Positions 24,801-37,587 are shown, numbered from the whole stretch's first letter. The stretch is DNA of 63,931 nt, filler included, from Rhabdomonas costata (GCA_019059605.1; 46 parts of 46 records of this genome joined end to end with filler, not necessarily neighbours in it), one strand, 5' to 3'. The notes: generated by a model from the sequence alone, not told the origin. A program made the numbers and translations.

Positions 24801-25075
24801 GATTTTTGTTCGTCTTTTCTTACGTTTACGGGGACCATCTGCGGGATCTACTCGCCATCCCCTCTGGCGCGGACTCGTCCACATGGAACGATTCTCTCAG
24901 AAGAGCGAGAAGAGTAAGGAAAGACTGCAACGAAGGACCCAGAACCACAACAANNNNNNNNNNNNNNNNNNNNNNNNNNNNNNNNNNNNNNNNNNNNTTA
25001 ATTAATTAANNNNNNNNNNNNNNNNNNNNNNNNNNNNNNNNNNNNNNNNNNNNGACGGGGTGGGTGGGGCAGCAC

Positions 25076-26284
25076 CGCTGGGTAGTCGCACAGATCGGTA
25101 GCGTTGCGGCAGAGCGTGCCCAAGGGCAGCAGGCTGTCCCCGGGGCACTCTCGGGAAACCCCACTGCAGTACTTAGCGGTGTCGCACAGGCCGCCTGTTG
25201 GAGAATACACGTGTGGTGATGGGGAAAATATAAAGGGCCCCTTCCCATCCTCACGGGCGGGGGAGAAGTCGCGCACACACGTGAACTGGGAGGGAAGGGG
25301 GAGCAAAAGACACGCACGTGCCCCAAACCTGGCGAATGGCACATTGTGCCCGCAGCGTACAGGGTGTCAGGGGGACAAGCTGCCGAGGTGCCGCGGCAAA
25401 TCTGTCGTGAGGCAGAGGCACAGGGGAGAAAAGAGAACAAGGGACGAGCTCTATTTCTCAGAAAAGAATTCCGGTTCTGTTGAGCCTATGCTAAGAAGGA
25501 TGAGCTCAGCAAAGGCTTTGGCCTGCAAAGTCCAAAAAGCGCGCATCCATTGCAAAGGTAGCTCCGGACCTTAGCTCAGGGAAGGCTGAGAAAATAACCT
25601 GCCAACTCACCCTTGCTATCATCCCACGAAGTATGGGCTGCAATCAGCCAGTCGAGTTGAGAAGGCCGCAGTCCATTTCATGTACATATGCGTGAGCCTC
25701 GCGCCGCAACAGCCCCAGGCTGTTATTACCTCAACCCCTTTAATTCGTTCGCACACATGGCATATGGCACGGCAAGGAAGCCTCACACGAAGAAAAAAAA
25801 AAGCGACAAAAGGAGCAGCAGTAAGGAGTAGTCTTGCACTGTGCACGTACCTCGGGGGCATCGCAGGATCCGTTGGACGCCCTGCACGTGGTGCCCATGG
25901 AGAACTGGTCGGCAGGGCACGCTGCTTTAAGCCCATCGCAGACCTGTGTTTGAAAGAGCTTACCCGTGTCTGCACAGAACGTTTTTTCCCATCTACAGAA
26001 GTCATGTGTGAGAACCACTTACAAACATCACGAAACACTTATGAACACATGAACACTGAGCGCAACTTGACCATTATGTGCGCAGCACGGAAAAACACTG
26101 CCCAACTCCATCATCGACCCTTTTTGTTCTGGCCCTTCCGTTTCTTCGCAGCCTCCCAAAAACACAGGAGCACAGGAACATAGGAAACCTCGTTAACGTC
26201 ACAAGGTCCCTGAGCATCGCGGCACACGGTTCCGGCGCCGCTGAACGCGTCGTCCGGGCAGGTCCCGTTCACTCCGTCACACAT
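25076..26284 (-). CDS. Cys-rich disintegrin-like repeat surface protein (4 exons)
   Basis: Exons 26284-26189, 25943-25851, 25401-25329 and 25194-25076 encode four CxGxxxxCPxD...GTxCRxxxxxCDxxE units; all junctions GT-AG and in frame. Confidence 0.88.
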
Positions 26285-26533
26285 CTACGCAGAAATTCGA
26301 CCAATTCCGACAAAACCAGGCAAGGCAAGGCAAGGCAACACAAAGNNNNNNNNNNNNNNNNNNNNNNNNNNNNNNNNNNNNNNNNNNNNTTAATTAATTA
26401 ANNNNNNNNNNNNNNNNNNNNNNNNNNNNNNNNNNNNNNNNNNNNATCCTAGGGTTCAGAGTTTTACTTTTGGAGCAGGAATCGTTGAGCAGAGCTTTTC
26501 AGTGGCTATTTCAGTGGTTTTTCTCATTGGTAG

Positions 26534-27584
26534 TATAGCACCGAAGGTGCGATGACTGCCATACTTTCCTCCACCCTGGACTACGCCCTGCTGCCTGTGG
26601 AGCCGGGCCTCAGCGGCACCACGCTGGCCTCCCTGGGCATTGCCTCCGTGCCCCTGCTGGCGAATGCCGTTGTGGTGGTGCGTGGACTGAGTCGCGCTGC
26701 AACTTTATTGCGGATGTGTGGCAGGAACACACTCAGCGAGGGAGCGAATGGCCCTGTATCTTGCCTGAACAAAAAATCCATCTGCTTTCCGCGGGTTCTG
26801 TGGTGGGCACTTCTGTTTCCATTTTGGAGGGTCTTGCGGGGCCTGGGTTTCAGGTGTTCAATCTGCCCGGGGTCCCCGTGGGGGTGTCGATGACGTGGGA
26901 CCGTGAGACGATGGTCGGGGTGTTCAACGGCAGCATCTCGCTGTGGAGTGACCCCCGGATCGCCCGCCAGAACCCATTCATCAACTTCCCTAGTCTGCCC
27001 ATCGCCCTAGCCATGCCTGCCCGGTAGATATCAAACCCGCACCCTTCTCCTCCGGGTGGAGGTGGGGGTTCAGGGAAGTGAGAGGCAGAGATTCCGGAAT
27101 CAATAACTCAGCACCCAGGGTGGACAGAGGGCGAGATGCAGAGAAAGTGGCAATTGGCAGAAACTGGAAGAGTACGGTGGTGCCACAGGACGGCTCAAGT
27201 ACCAATGGTGCCCATTCATGCACTCGAGGCGCCTGGAAAGGCCCTGTGTAGAAGCAGAAGACCATCCTGCACCCCAAGAAATCATCGTTTTGGTCTCCAA
27301 ACTGAGTCGAAGGTTGTTGGGTCCAAGTGTCAATGGGAATTCTTCAGTCTTTGATTGTGCTTACAAATTAATAAAGTCCAAAAACGGTGATCGAGTGAAA
27401 AAATTCCGATTTTGTGTGTGCCCTCAGTGAGGACGCTGCCGTGGGGGTGTTCAAGGCCGCCCTGCAGGCCTTCAGCCCCACCTGGACCGATCTGGATCTC
27501 AGCGCCAGCCCCACGTGGCCCACCGCCATCCAAAGCCGCCTTCACTTCTGCTCGGACTATGTCACCCTTTCCAAAGTGGTGAAG
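26534..27584 (+). CDS. PstS-like periplasmic-binding-protein domain, diverged (3 exons)
   Basis: Exons ~26534-26677, 26854-27023 and 27428-27584: AVVV|VFNLPG...GVFNGSISLWSDPRIARQNP...FKAALQAFSPTW, matching PstS YNLPG, IFxGxIxxWNDP and SPxW. Confidence 0.82.
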
Positions 27585-27587
27585 GTG

Positions 27588-27627
<40 letters not shown>

Positions 27628-28102
27628 GGCGGCCTTCGAGCCTTGGAAAGTGGAGGCATTGATTCTCATGTGAAGCGAGTGAAGCAAGCAAAAGGCAGAA
27701 GCAAAGCAAGCAAATCTGTCCATCACTTTCACAGCATATTGCCTTNNNNNNNNNNNNNNNNNNNNNNNNNNNNNNNNNNNNNNNNNNNNTTAATTAATTA
27801 ANNNNNNNNNNNNNNNNNNNNNNNNNNNNNNNNNNNNNNNNNNNNGGGGGGTGTTGGGGTCTAATATGAGCCTAAAAGTAAGGCATAAGTCTTTTTGACA
27901 TGACAGATCGAGCGCGTGCGCCTAAATGAAATGTGTATGAGTGAGCGTGTGTGTCTGTGTTAAACGGTTTTTCATCATCGACTCCTGAACATTGCACCCC
28001 ACCCATTCGAAGCCCACCGGCACATTTTTCCGACAATCCTAAAGCCACGCACTCACTCAGTCAAGCGCATAAACAGGCATTGGTGTGTGCGTGTGTGCAT
28101 AC

Positions 28103-28215
28103 CTCCATTCCGATGCAGAGAAGGGTGCACAGCTCGTTCAAGACGGCCACCTGCACATCCGCGCTTTCCGCGGCCTCCAGGTTGTGCAGCAGCTCAGTGA
28201 TGGTGCTCATTTCTG
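28103..28215 (-). CDS. Exon of a TRIP12/UPL3/Ufd4-like HECT E3 ligase (start of ARM region)
   Basis: ITELLHNLEAAESADVQVAVLNELCTLLCIGME|gtatgc resembles the QxxALxELCxLLxxGxE motif. Confidence 0.7.
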
Positions 28216-29716
28216 CTCAGGGTATGCTCGGCGGAAAAAGACCTTCAACACTTCACCAGAGCCGTCCTTTCCCTCTCCCTTAAGCACAAACCCCTCACCC
28301 TGCTTGAGCAATGGAAGAATGGCGGGAGGTGACCAAAACACACAAAAAAATCAAATTCCCTTGAACCAAAAACATGGAGGCGATGAACTCCCACCTACCC
28401 ACTCACACAAACACGCTCCCCTTCAAGTTACCCGCGCCATCCAGTACACTTGAGTGAACTGAGCGGGAGTCGTGGAAACCCATTGGTGTCTGAGCTAGCC
28501 CGTGACTGTTTGGGAGTTGGCGGGAAATGCATAGGAAGTGTATCGTAGTAAGAATTGAACCAAGCGGATTGATGCGTTGAAATCCAGCATCAATACTCTG
28601 AATTTTTCAAAGACAGCTAAACTCATGGAAATTCTAGCTCTACAAGTGTCACAGTTTCCGATGTTCACACTAGAATTGTAATGAGATATTTGGTGCACAA
28701 ATTTCCGGTCTTTCCCTAACTACTTCAAACGAAAAGAGAGCGGAGCGGCTGCATTTTCACACACACGGTAATGTTCCACGCCCAAATAAAAACATTTACC
28801 TACATACTTCTGCTTCGTGTAAACAAGCACTTCTTTCAGAGCAATGCCGATTTGCCACCGTGTGCAGGAATGCATTTATCTCCGCAAAAGTACGAAGTCA
28901 ACGCGCGGCCACAAAAGGGACATTAAAAACTGTGCCGAGTACTTTTTCCCAGCTGATTCGGCTGAAAATCTGCAAAAGCAAAATCCAGGCATGTCAAAAA
29001 CAATCACATGCGTCCGCTGTGTCCTTTTCCACTCTAAAAAGCCGTCCGACTGACTGCGGAGATCGGTTACACGAGGCCCACTTTGCTTCGAGCAAACAGC
29101 CTCAGCGCAGCCGCAGTCACGCGGGAAACCCACACACNNNNNNNNNNNNNNNNNNNNNNNNNNNNNNNNNNNNNNNNNNNNTTAATTAATTAANNNNNNN
29201 NNNNNNNNNNNNNNNNNNNNNNNNNNNNNNNNNNNNNATTTTGTTGATGGTGTTATTCGTATCATCATTATCATTCCAAGACACCCCATAATATTTCGAT
29301 ATAGGAGGCTGCGAGGTTGTACTCTCAGAACATGTCCGTCGGTAGTCACTCGAAAAGACAAAACACACCAGTAATTTTTCTGTCCCAGAACTGCAGCAGT
29401 CTCTGACAGAGCGAATCGGGCGCCTATCAAAGACAGAAAACTGCGTCACAACCAGGGAGGAGCCAAATTTGGGAGTCTGGATTTTCTATTCTATTGTGAA
29501 ATAAACTTATGCCGTCCTGCGCGCGGAGCAAGCCCGGAGTGGCAAGGAAGAGCATCAAATAAGGCACACAAAGCCACGCAACACCAGGAAACTGTAGAGC
29601 CAAAAAGTAAAATGGAAAAGAACACAGCCGCTGCCGCTAACTAGTCAACAGTCAATGAAAAATTATCAAGGCGCAATAGCATGTCCCCATTTCGTCGAAT
29701 CGTCGTGTTTTTGAAC

Positions 29717-29991
29717 TCAGCGCATCACCAGCACTGTTTTGATACCCTGCATTGCTGCGGTGATGTCTTCTGAACCCAGAGTAGAAGCGGGAAAAAACTC
29801 TTTCCTGCAAATTCCCTGCATGATGCTCACCTCCGCATTCGTCAACTTCGACGGGTCAAACAGAGATCGACCAGGTTGCGCACAATGCTCACAGACCTCC
29901 TGGGATATCCCCTCAATCATCTCCTTGGAGAAGTCCGACGCTGTCCATCCTCCGATGACCCCGAGAAACTCCAGAATGCGCTGAGCGGATG
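29717..29991 (-). CDS. Terminal exon of an unknown protein
   Basis: Acceptor ctcag, then SAQRILEFLGVIGGW...AMQGIKTVLVMR* with globular-type composition. Confidence 0.5.
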
Positions 29992-31345
29992 CTGAGCAGC
30001 ATAACAACGTATCCAAGAAAGCGAGAAAGCGAGAGCATGGCAGTTTAGAGGACTGGTGGCCAAGGTCACACGTTGGCATGAACGCAAAAAGAGTAAAAGT
30101 TTTGAAAGAGTTTTCCCTTCCCTTTTTTGTCGCACAAACACAAACAAGCGGGAACAATCAAAGCTTACGAAAAAGACGGCAGCAACTGAAGGTGTCATTT
30201 GCGACTGAAAAACTACTTCCAATAACGCCGACCCACGGTATGCTACCGGCCGCTTTCCCGATTTCAGCGTCTGTCCTTCAAACCAACTTGGTTGATGCAA
30301 TATCAATTGCAACATTGGAGGCCGCACAGTGAGTTTGTGGGCGGCCAAGAGCCGTTTGCCTGGCCCCGTTCGCCGTGACGGGAGAGGCGGGGAGGGATTT
30401 GCGTTTTGTTTTACATATTTTGTGGGTGCCGTCGTTAAACCCTCCGCTGCATGAGGAGAGAAGCGGCACAAAAGGGTTGCTAAAGAGCCGCAAAAGAGGG
30501 GCATCACCACCGGCCGAGGGTGACAGGTCNNNNNNNNNNNNNNNNNNNNNNNNNNNNNNNNNNNNNNNNNNNNTTAATTAATTAANNNNNNNNNNNNNNN
30601 NNNNNNNNNNNNNNNNNNNNNNNNNNNNNGTTTGGGGGACAGGGGTGGGCAAACGGCGGGAAATCGGAAAAGGCTCGCAATTTTTTTTGTTGTGCTACAC
30701 CGCGGAGTCTTTCTCCCTTGCCGGCTGGGTTGTTGAACTCACCGTCCCACTTCGGCTCTTTGCCTTCGAGTCCATTCTCTTTGTGGGTCGTTCTCATGTC
30801 TGTTTCTGTTTGAGCGTTTCTTATGTTGCGTCCTCAGGGAACGGGCTTTCTCGTCAAAAGGGTGTGCGTTGCGGATTGAAGGTACCCCTTTTGCGGGTTT
30901 CAAATTTTTTCTCGGGTGAGGTAGCTGTACGTTTCTTTGCGCTCACACTCTCCCTCGTTGCCTTGCAGTCCCGGTGCGTCAATCTTGCTGAATTTTGTGG
31001 GAAGTCGGCAAAGACTAGAAATTATCGTGGTTCTTTCGTGGAGGCTGTATCCCCTATTTTTAAATGTCATTTTCAGCAACAGGGTGACCATTTTCTGACA
31101 AAATGACAATCCTTTTGTCTTTTTGTCCCTAGAGGGGACCTTCTGCCCCTTAAAAATATCGCAAAAAAGTGCAAAATACAAAACCACACAAGCCAAAATT
31201 TTGCCCGGGGTGGAATTCTACATCCCATTTTGACAGTGCTGAACTGGGCAGAAATTCGCCTCGTCAGCAAGAGCATACATTTTGGGGGCCTGTTCAACAG
31301 TACGCACCACCCCCCCCACCAGTGGCCGACACTCGCCCCACTCAC

Positions 31346-31910
31346 TCTGGCCTTCTCCTCTGACCTCCCTTCGTCATTGATCGTCACGTCAATGATCTCC
31401 CCGAACTTGCGGAAGTGCTCTTCCACCAGCCACTCCACTGTGTGGCGGTGCTCCGGTACGAGTGAACTGGGAAGTTGACTCACCTTCACGCAGTACCGCA
31501 GCCGGGAGTCCTGTTGAGGCGCTCCTTCAGGAACCAAATCGATGTACATCTGCCCGTCATATGTCAGCCCCTTCAGGGCCCCAGCCACACTTTTGGTATG
31601 AAACCCGGCCACCCACACCGTCTTCCCGGGAATGCTCTGGATGGACTTTAAAGGGTTCGCAAAGTCGGAGTCCCCCGAGAGCAGCACAATGTCTTTGGCT
31701 CCGCGGTAGCAGCTCTCCATGAGCTGGGTGGCAATGGCGCAGTCCACCCCGCACTGCACTAGGCCTTTTGTCGGCACCAGTTCCCGCTCGTTGAAGGTGG
31801 CGACGGTCTGCATCTTAAACCCGAACTCCTCGACCTGGACGTGCTGCTCACGCAGGAATTTGTGGAAGTTCTCCTGTAACATCCCCCCGCGTTTGATACG
31901 CCACCACCTT
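31346..31910 (-). CDS. NYN (LabA/DUF88-type PIN) ribonuclease domain followed by an RRM-like domain
   Basis: QCGVDCAIATQL...IVLLSGDSDFANPL...GKTVWVAGF (NYN), then CVKVSQLP...EEHFRKFGEIIDVTI (RRM). Donor aga|gtgagt at 31346. Confidence 0.88.
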
Positions 31911-32233
31911 GAGCTGAGTTTNNNNNNNNNNNNNNNNNNNNNNNNNNNNNNNNNNNNNNNNNNNNTTAATTAATTAANNNNNNNNNNNNNNNNNNNNNNN
32001 NNNNNNNNNNNNNNNNNNNNNTTTGTTTGGTTTTCCAATTCATTTTGAATTCAGTGGGATGCCCGCAAAGTGTGCGCAGTGTATGCGACACAGTGTGCAA
32101 ACTACACACCAAGCTGTGCAGGAAGTTAACCAGTGAAACGGAAGGAAAATGTGCAGGGAGTTACCGTGATGTGGGTTGCGGGACCTGAAAGGCGAGGGGA
32201 ATAACTGGCATTGGGCGAAGCTCAGCAGCTCAC

Positions 32234-32445
32234 CTGCGGTTAGTAAGGCAAAGGAAGAGGTGTTTCATGCTGTTCGCGAGATCTGATAGAGTCGCACGCC
32301 GCGTGCGGAACGGCCGCAGTCCCCGCGTTTGGGCTCCGCCGTTTAGCTCCATTGAGTTCCATTCGGCATAAGAGCGTGCGCGTAGGGGAGACAAGGTAAG
32401 CTGACCGACTGAGCTCCCCTGCGATCCGGAAGGGCTCGTGGACAT
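32234..32445 (-). CDS. Probable first exon of an unknown protein
   Basis: MSTSPSGSQG...RRATLSDLANSMKHLFLCLTNR ends at a strong donor cag|gtgagc. Confidence 0.4.
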
Positions 32446-33614
32446 TCTTGTCGAACAGAAATCGGAGTCCTGACATGGTGCTTGGAGTGCTTTCGTTCAG
32501 CACTCCCCTTTGTGCCTTTTTGTCAGGTCCCTCTCAGCGCACCGAAGGGCAAGCCGAAGAGGAGACTGAGCTTTATAGCTCAGCGTTATAATTCTGTTCT
32601 GGTTAAGGAGCACTTGGGAGGAGGCCACCTCCTTCCCAAACGTGGCTTTCCTTTGTTTTTTGTGTGATTTTAGTACTTCTTTGTGATGTAATGTGTGCAA
32701 TTTTGGTTCCCTTCCTTGACGGGGAAAAAGCGCGGAATTGAAAGTCTCTGTACTTCCCCCACCCCAACCCATCACTCCCATCTGCCCGCACACACACATA
32801 CAAACAGACATGCGACCTCGCTGGTCCTCGTCGGCAGCTGGATATACTGTGTGTTATTCCGTGACTTAGTGCCACTGTGTTGTGCTCGAGAACTGACTCG
32901 CAAGCTGCCGCACGCAAACCGTTTTATTCTGTATTCACACTGAGTTGTGTCTGTGGGCGATGTTGAAACCTTTTGCACGGGCTGCATTGAAGGGGGTGGG
33001 AGTGGGGGTCGTTAAACGTTTAACGCTGGCACAAGCATACCTTATCCAACCCCCTTGCTCGAAAACTTAACCAAACCCCGAAGCAACCTTAAACAAACAA
33101 CAAAACGTAAGTTTTGCGGCTTGCCCAATCGATCCGAAGCCCCAAAATATGTAACGCTACCCTCCCCAACCACCAAAAATCGTCCCGCGATAAATGGGAG
33201 GTAGACGGGAATGTCGTGCGAAAATTTTCATCGACTGTGTGGGATTCGGGCAAACGTTGATCAAAATCGTCAAGAAAGACGAATTAACAGAACTTTTACC
33301 AAGCAAAAAAAAANNNNNNNNNNNNNNNNNNNNNNNNNNNNNNNNNNNNNNNNNNNNTTAATTAATTAANNNNNNNNNNNNNNNNNNNNNNNNNNNNNNN
33401 NNNNNNNNNNNNNGTGGGGGTGGTACAGTTATCTTCCGATTCTCGAGTTTCGTCGACTTGAGAAATCCATTTGAAACCGCTAATCGGAAATCTACCCAGC
33501 GCCGCCAGAAACTCGAGAATCGGAAGATAACTGTACCACCTCAATCCAGGTAATCAAACGTACAGTGCATCAGTGAACCAAGCAATTGAATCCAGCTTCG
33601 GATCGTCGGACGCC

Positions 33615-34695
33615 TCATTTGAGCTTGTCACGGGAAGTGGACTGTCGCCTCCCTCCCTCCCGTGGCGTTGCCTTTGCCTTGGCATCCGCGGCAGAGCGGA
33701 GCACACGGTGGTACTTCTGCAGAAAGTTATCCAACCGCTCCGGCGGGTGCACAGCGCGGTTAATGACCTTCTTGGACCTGGGGCCCAGAGCAATGCCCAG
33801 CCGAGCGGATTCCAGCACTGTGGCCTCCAGCCTTGCCATGTCCTGAGCGGTGGCATAGCCCTCCAGCAGGCCCAAGCAGCAATCCATGTTCAGCGACCTC
33901 CTCCTGAGCTCCCCAACTCGCTGGAACAGGCGCTCAGCCTTCACAAGGTGCCGGGTGGAGGCGAACGTGGTAATAATCTCCTCCAGCCGAGGTGGGGGCA
34001 GGGCTCGAACAAATTCAGGAAAGTTCTCCAGAAGATGACTGAGCTGGTCCTGCATTCCAGACTCCAGGCAGAACCCCACCACGCATTGCCAGTGCTCCGC
34101 AGAAGGCCTCGTGGTCGCGATGGAGTGCAGGAAGTGTCCCACACTCTGAGGAGAGTGAGCCGAAAAGCACTCCAGCACGGCTCTGCACTCCTCCGGGAGG
34201 GGAAGAAGGGAGGAGGTCCTCGCCGTGGAAAGCACGGCCTTTATCTTCTCGGTGTCTTCCGAGGCCAACACAATGGCTAAAAGTCGACTCAATGATTTCG
34301 CGGTGAGTCGGGCCCAGCCACTGCCCACCAACCGCCACAGAAAAGCTCCCCCACCGTCATCCTCCACGCAGATCTCCACGACTCCTTCCCAAAGTTCAGC
34401 AGAGGCCTCGACGGGAGGTACATCCTTTCCAAGCAAAGTGTCCAGAAACTCCCACAGTTCATGGCGGTTCCCACTTGCCACAAAAAGCTGCAGAATTTCG
34501 CCCAAAAGCTCAGAGGAAGGCCTAAAGCCAAAGCTGAGCGTTTTCCGCAGTGTCGAAAGCATACGCGGAAAATTTTGTAGCCGCACATACGTCCTCAGCA
34601 AATTAACACACAACACCTCAGTTGGGAGCAATCCGTCAGCAGCAGTCCTGGTTACCAGCTCCTCCAGTGATTGAGAGTTACCCTTCGAGACCGCA
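33615..34695 (-). CDS. PPR-like helical-repeat protein, C-terminal ~360 aa in a single exon
   Basis: Frame open from the contig end to TGA at 33615. PPR-like units: EVLCVNLLRTYVRLQNFPRMLSTLRKTLSFGFRPS; LEEIITTFASTRHLVKAERLFQRV; CCLGLLEGYATAQDM. Confidence 0.7.
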
Positions 34696-35160
34696 CCACA
34701 AAAANNNNNNNNNNNNNNNNNNNNNNNNNNNNNNNNNNNNNNNNNNNNTTAATTAATTAANNNNNNNNNNNNNNNNNNNNNNNNNNNNNNNNNNNNNNNN
34801 NNNNTGTGGTGGGTGTGTGTGGTTGTTGTGGGGTGAAGCCAGAAAAAACGGGAGGCAACAACAGAGTGGACCCTGCGGAGGATGCAATGTCAGGGTCGCC
34901 AACTGTGGAGCTGCAGCAGAACGCCTCAGGGCAATCAGGAGGGAAAAAGTGGTGGTAACATGAGACAAAAAAACAGCAGTGTTCGCAACCGATGCGTATG
35001 CCTGTGCGTCTCAAGGGATGCGCGGATTTGGCCTGCAACACTGCTGTGGGTTGCCGCGACTGTAAAATGCCACCAGCCTCTCCTTTTTTAAGCCGCACCT
35101 CCGAAAACCATAAAATGGGATGAGTGTGCCCCCCACAAACACACACGCGTCGACGAAAAC

Positions 35161-35870
35161 CTTTGGGGAAGTGCCCGTTCGGCGCCGCTGTGGCGGCAGG
35201 GCGGTGAACCGGAGGCCGAGGTGTGACCCGCACCAGGAGCGGCGCCAGCTTAAGCTCGGAGAGATCCTGCAGCTCGTCCGCCATCCGGCTGTAGGTGTGC
35301 TCCGGGCCATTGAACCTCCGGCAGTTGTCCCAGATTAGCCGGAGGTCCGCAATGAAGTCGTCGGCAGAGGGGTACACCCCACCGGTCAGATTTTGCTGTA
35401 AATTTGGTTGGGTCTGTTTGTTGTGACATTTGGTGGAGGGATGGCAAGTGAGATCTTGGGTATGGATCAGTATGGGATTTCTTTCAGTAATGCAAGCATA
35501 TTAAAAATCGGCAACCACGGTCCCCAACACCTCATCACCTTGGAATCAATTGCGTCGCGATATGAGCCACAAGACGGGAATCAAAGTGATCGCTGCTCAA
35601 CGACAACAATGTTCGGGAGGATGGGGGTCCACATTTTCCGGTCCAATGGTGCCATATATGCACTTGAAGATAAGTGAGGGTGCCTTGGCGGACAGGACAG
35701 GACAGGACAGGACAGGACAGGAAATCGGAGGAACGAATAAAAACAAAAAGTTCCGAGATAAACCCCCAGGGTGCTGAGATCCATGGGCTGGGTTATAACG
35801 GTGTAGTACTCGGGGACGTTCAGCCCGACGGCATCGACAGGCTCCAGAAAGGGCAACGCCTGCTTGTGAT
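35161..35870 (-). CDS. Bromodomain protein fragment (2 exons)
   Basis: Exons 35870-35764 (ALPFLEPVD...PEYYTVITQPMDLSTLG) and 35395-35161 (QNLTGGVYPSADDFIADLRLIWDNCRRFNG); conserved acetyl-lysine-binding Asn present. Confidence 0.95.
35690..35721 (+). repeat. (GACAG)6 pentanucleotide repeat in an intron
   Basis: gacaggacaggacaggacaggacaggacagg seen directly. Confidence 0.9.
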
Positions 35871-36269
35871 CTGCGCGACAGACGTGACGGAGGGGACCTG
35901 GGCAGGGTGTGTGAGTGGCTTCCAGGACACGAAAGCCACCACGACAACCACCACCCACGTCCGCTCCACCATAACATCGCGACTCTTGCCTCCTCATTGG
36001 GGCATAAAAAAGCTAGCGAGCAATCGGAGTAACAGCAGATTTCGTTGGAATAACAGCGACAGCCATTCCCAAACCACCCCAAACACACACAACAAANNNN
36101 NNNNNNNNNNNNNNNNNNNNNNNNNNNNNNNNNNNNNNNNTTAATTAATTAANNNNNNNNNNNNNNNNNNNNNNNNNNNNNNNNNNNNNNNNNNNNGGTG
36201 GTGGTTTAAGTTTCGAAAATCGGCGGCATCTGTTGGCGTGGTCGGCACATCGTATGGGTTGTTCCGCAG

Positions 36270-37278
36270 GGGTGTCGAGGCAGGTCTCGGTTCTGAACAG
36301 CGTGACTCAGGTCGAGAACGGGGTAACTCTGGGTGCACACCTTAGCACCGCGGTTCTCGTCCTGGAGAAGGAGCGTACCTACAGCCGGATCTACCTGCTC
36401 TCCAACGGTGAGCATTTTTTTCTTTTTTCCAGTCACACTTCATCGATATGACCCTTTATCGGCATGCGGCGGTGTGCTTTTCTGTTCTCAATCAGGTGCG
36501 AGTTTGGAACAACCGCCCGCCCAGAGGGCGCTTTGCAGCGCCGTTCTTGTCTGCTGTGGTATTGCTGTTTTTCCGTAATAAAACTGGGGGGTATCCGTCT
36601 CCTGCTGTTCCAGGGACCCTGTACAGCTCTGAGCTGACTCAGTCCCGGAAAATGAGCGACCTTGCCCTGTCCCAGGTCATTCGCGCAGCGCCCTCCGCTG
36701 GGGCCTCGCAGCAGCCGCGGTACCTGAGCCTTCTGGCCGCCGTGAGTCAGCTTCCCTCTTTGCGCACCATGGTGACCCAAAAACAGGTGTGCGTGGCCCC
36801 ATGTTTCACAGGGAAAGAGCTGGTTGGAGTCGGGCCAGTGTTGCCTTCAGCCTATCGCCTAATCCGAGACCAGCGTGTTGTACACTGATATGAATTCGAG
36901 TCGATTTCGGTGTCTGACAGTATCCGCACCAGTGATAAACTTCACGCCCAGCTCAGTGTGTGTGTGTGTGTGTGTGTGTGAGGACGGAATCCACTCAGTG
37001 AACATATTCTGTTCAAGCACGGAAGCAAGTCCTTTTATATCCTTTGCGCTCCTGTCTGCAAGACCAGCACTTCTGCTCTACTCAGACGCAGATCGACTTG
37101 GATGGTGATTTTTACACGGACCTTATCGAGGACATGCTTGTGCTGATTGGCGCGGTGGCCGTGGCGGCGCCCTACCCCGAGCTGCAGCTGCGGATCACGG
37201 TGCTGTACTTCGTGAGCATCTCAGCGGAGCATGCCGGGCTTGAGGAGGGGGCTGGGGTGCAAGCCCTTTCTGCCTCAG
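36270..37278 (+). CDS. NIT (nitrate/nitrite-sensing) domain protein fragment (3 exons)
   Basis: Exons 36270-36407, 36614-36786 and 37086-37278 join in frame: LEKERTYSRIYLLSNG...LTQSRKMSDLA...LPSLRTMV...FYTDLIEDML...AEHAGLEEGAG, matching the NIT LQxERGxS, QRxxTD, YTxLI and KExAGxERA segments. Confidence 0.75.
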
Positions 37279-37587
37279 GTGTACCGAGGATAGGAAGATA
37301 GGAGAGAAAATCGGAAGGAGCACTTGAGGTGACCCTGGACAACCACAAACGATTTCGATTGTTGTAGCTGTTCCTCATGCATCTCAAAATTCTTGATTTC
37401 CCAAGTTGTCCCACATTTGCGTGCTGGGAATCGGCTCGGGTAATCAGTTTTTGCATTTTGACATGTGATGTTCGCGTACCCACCACCNNNNNNNNNNNNN
37501 NNNNNNNNNNNNNNNNNNNNNNNNNNNNNNNTTAATTAATTAANNNNNNNNNNNNNNNNNNNNNNNNNNNNNNNNNNNNNNNNNNNN

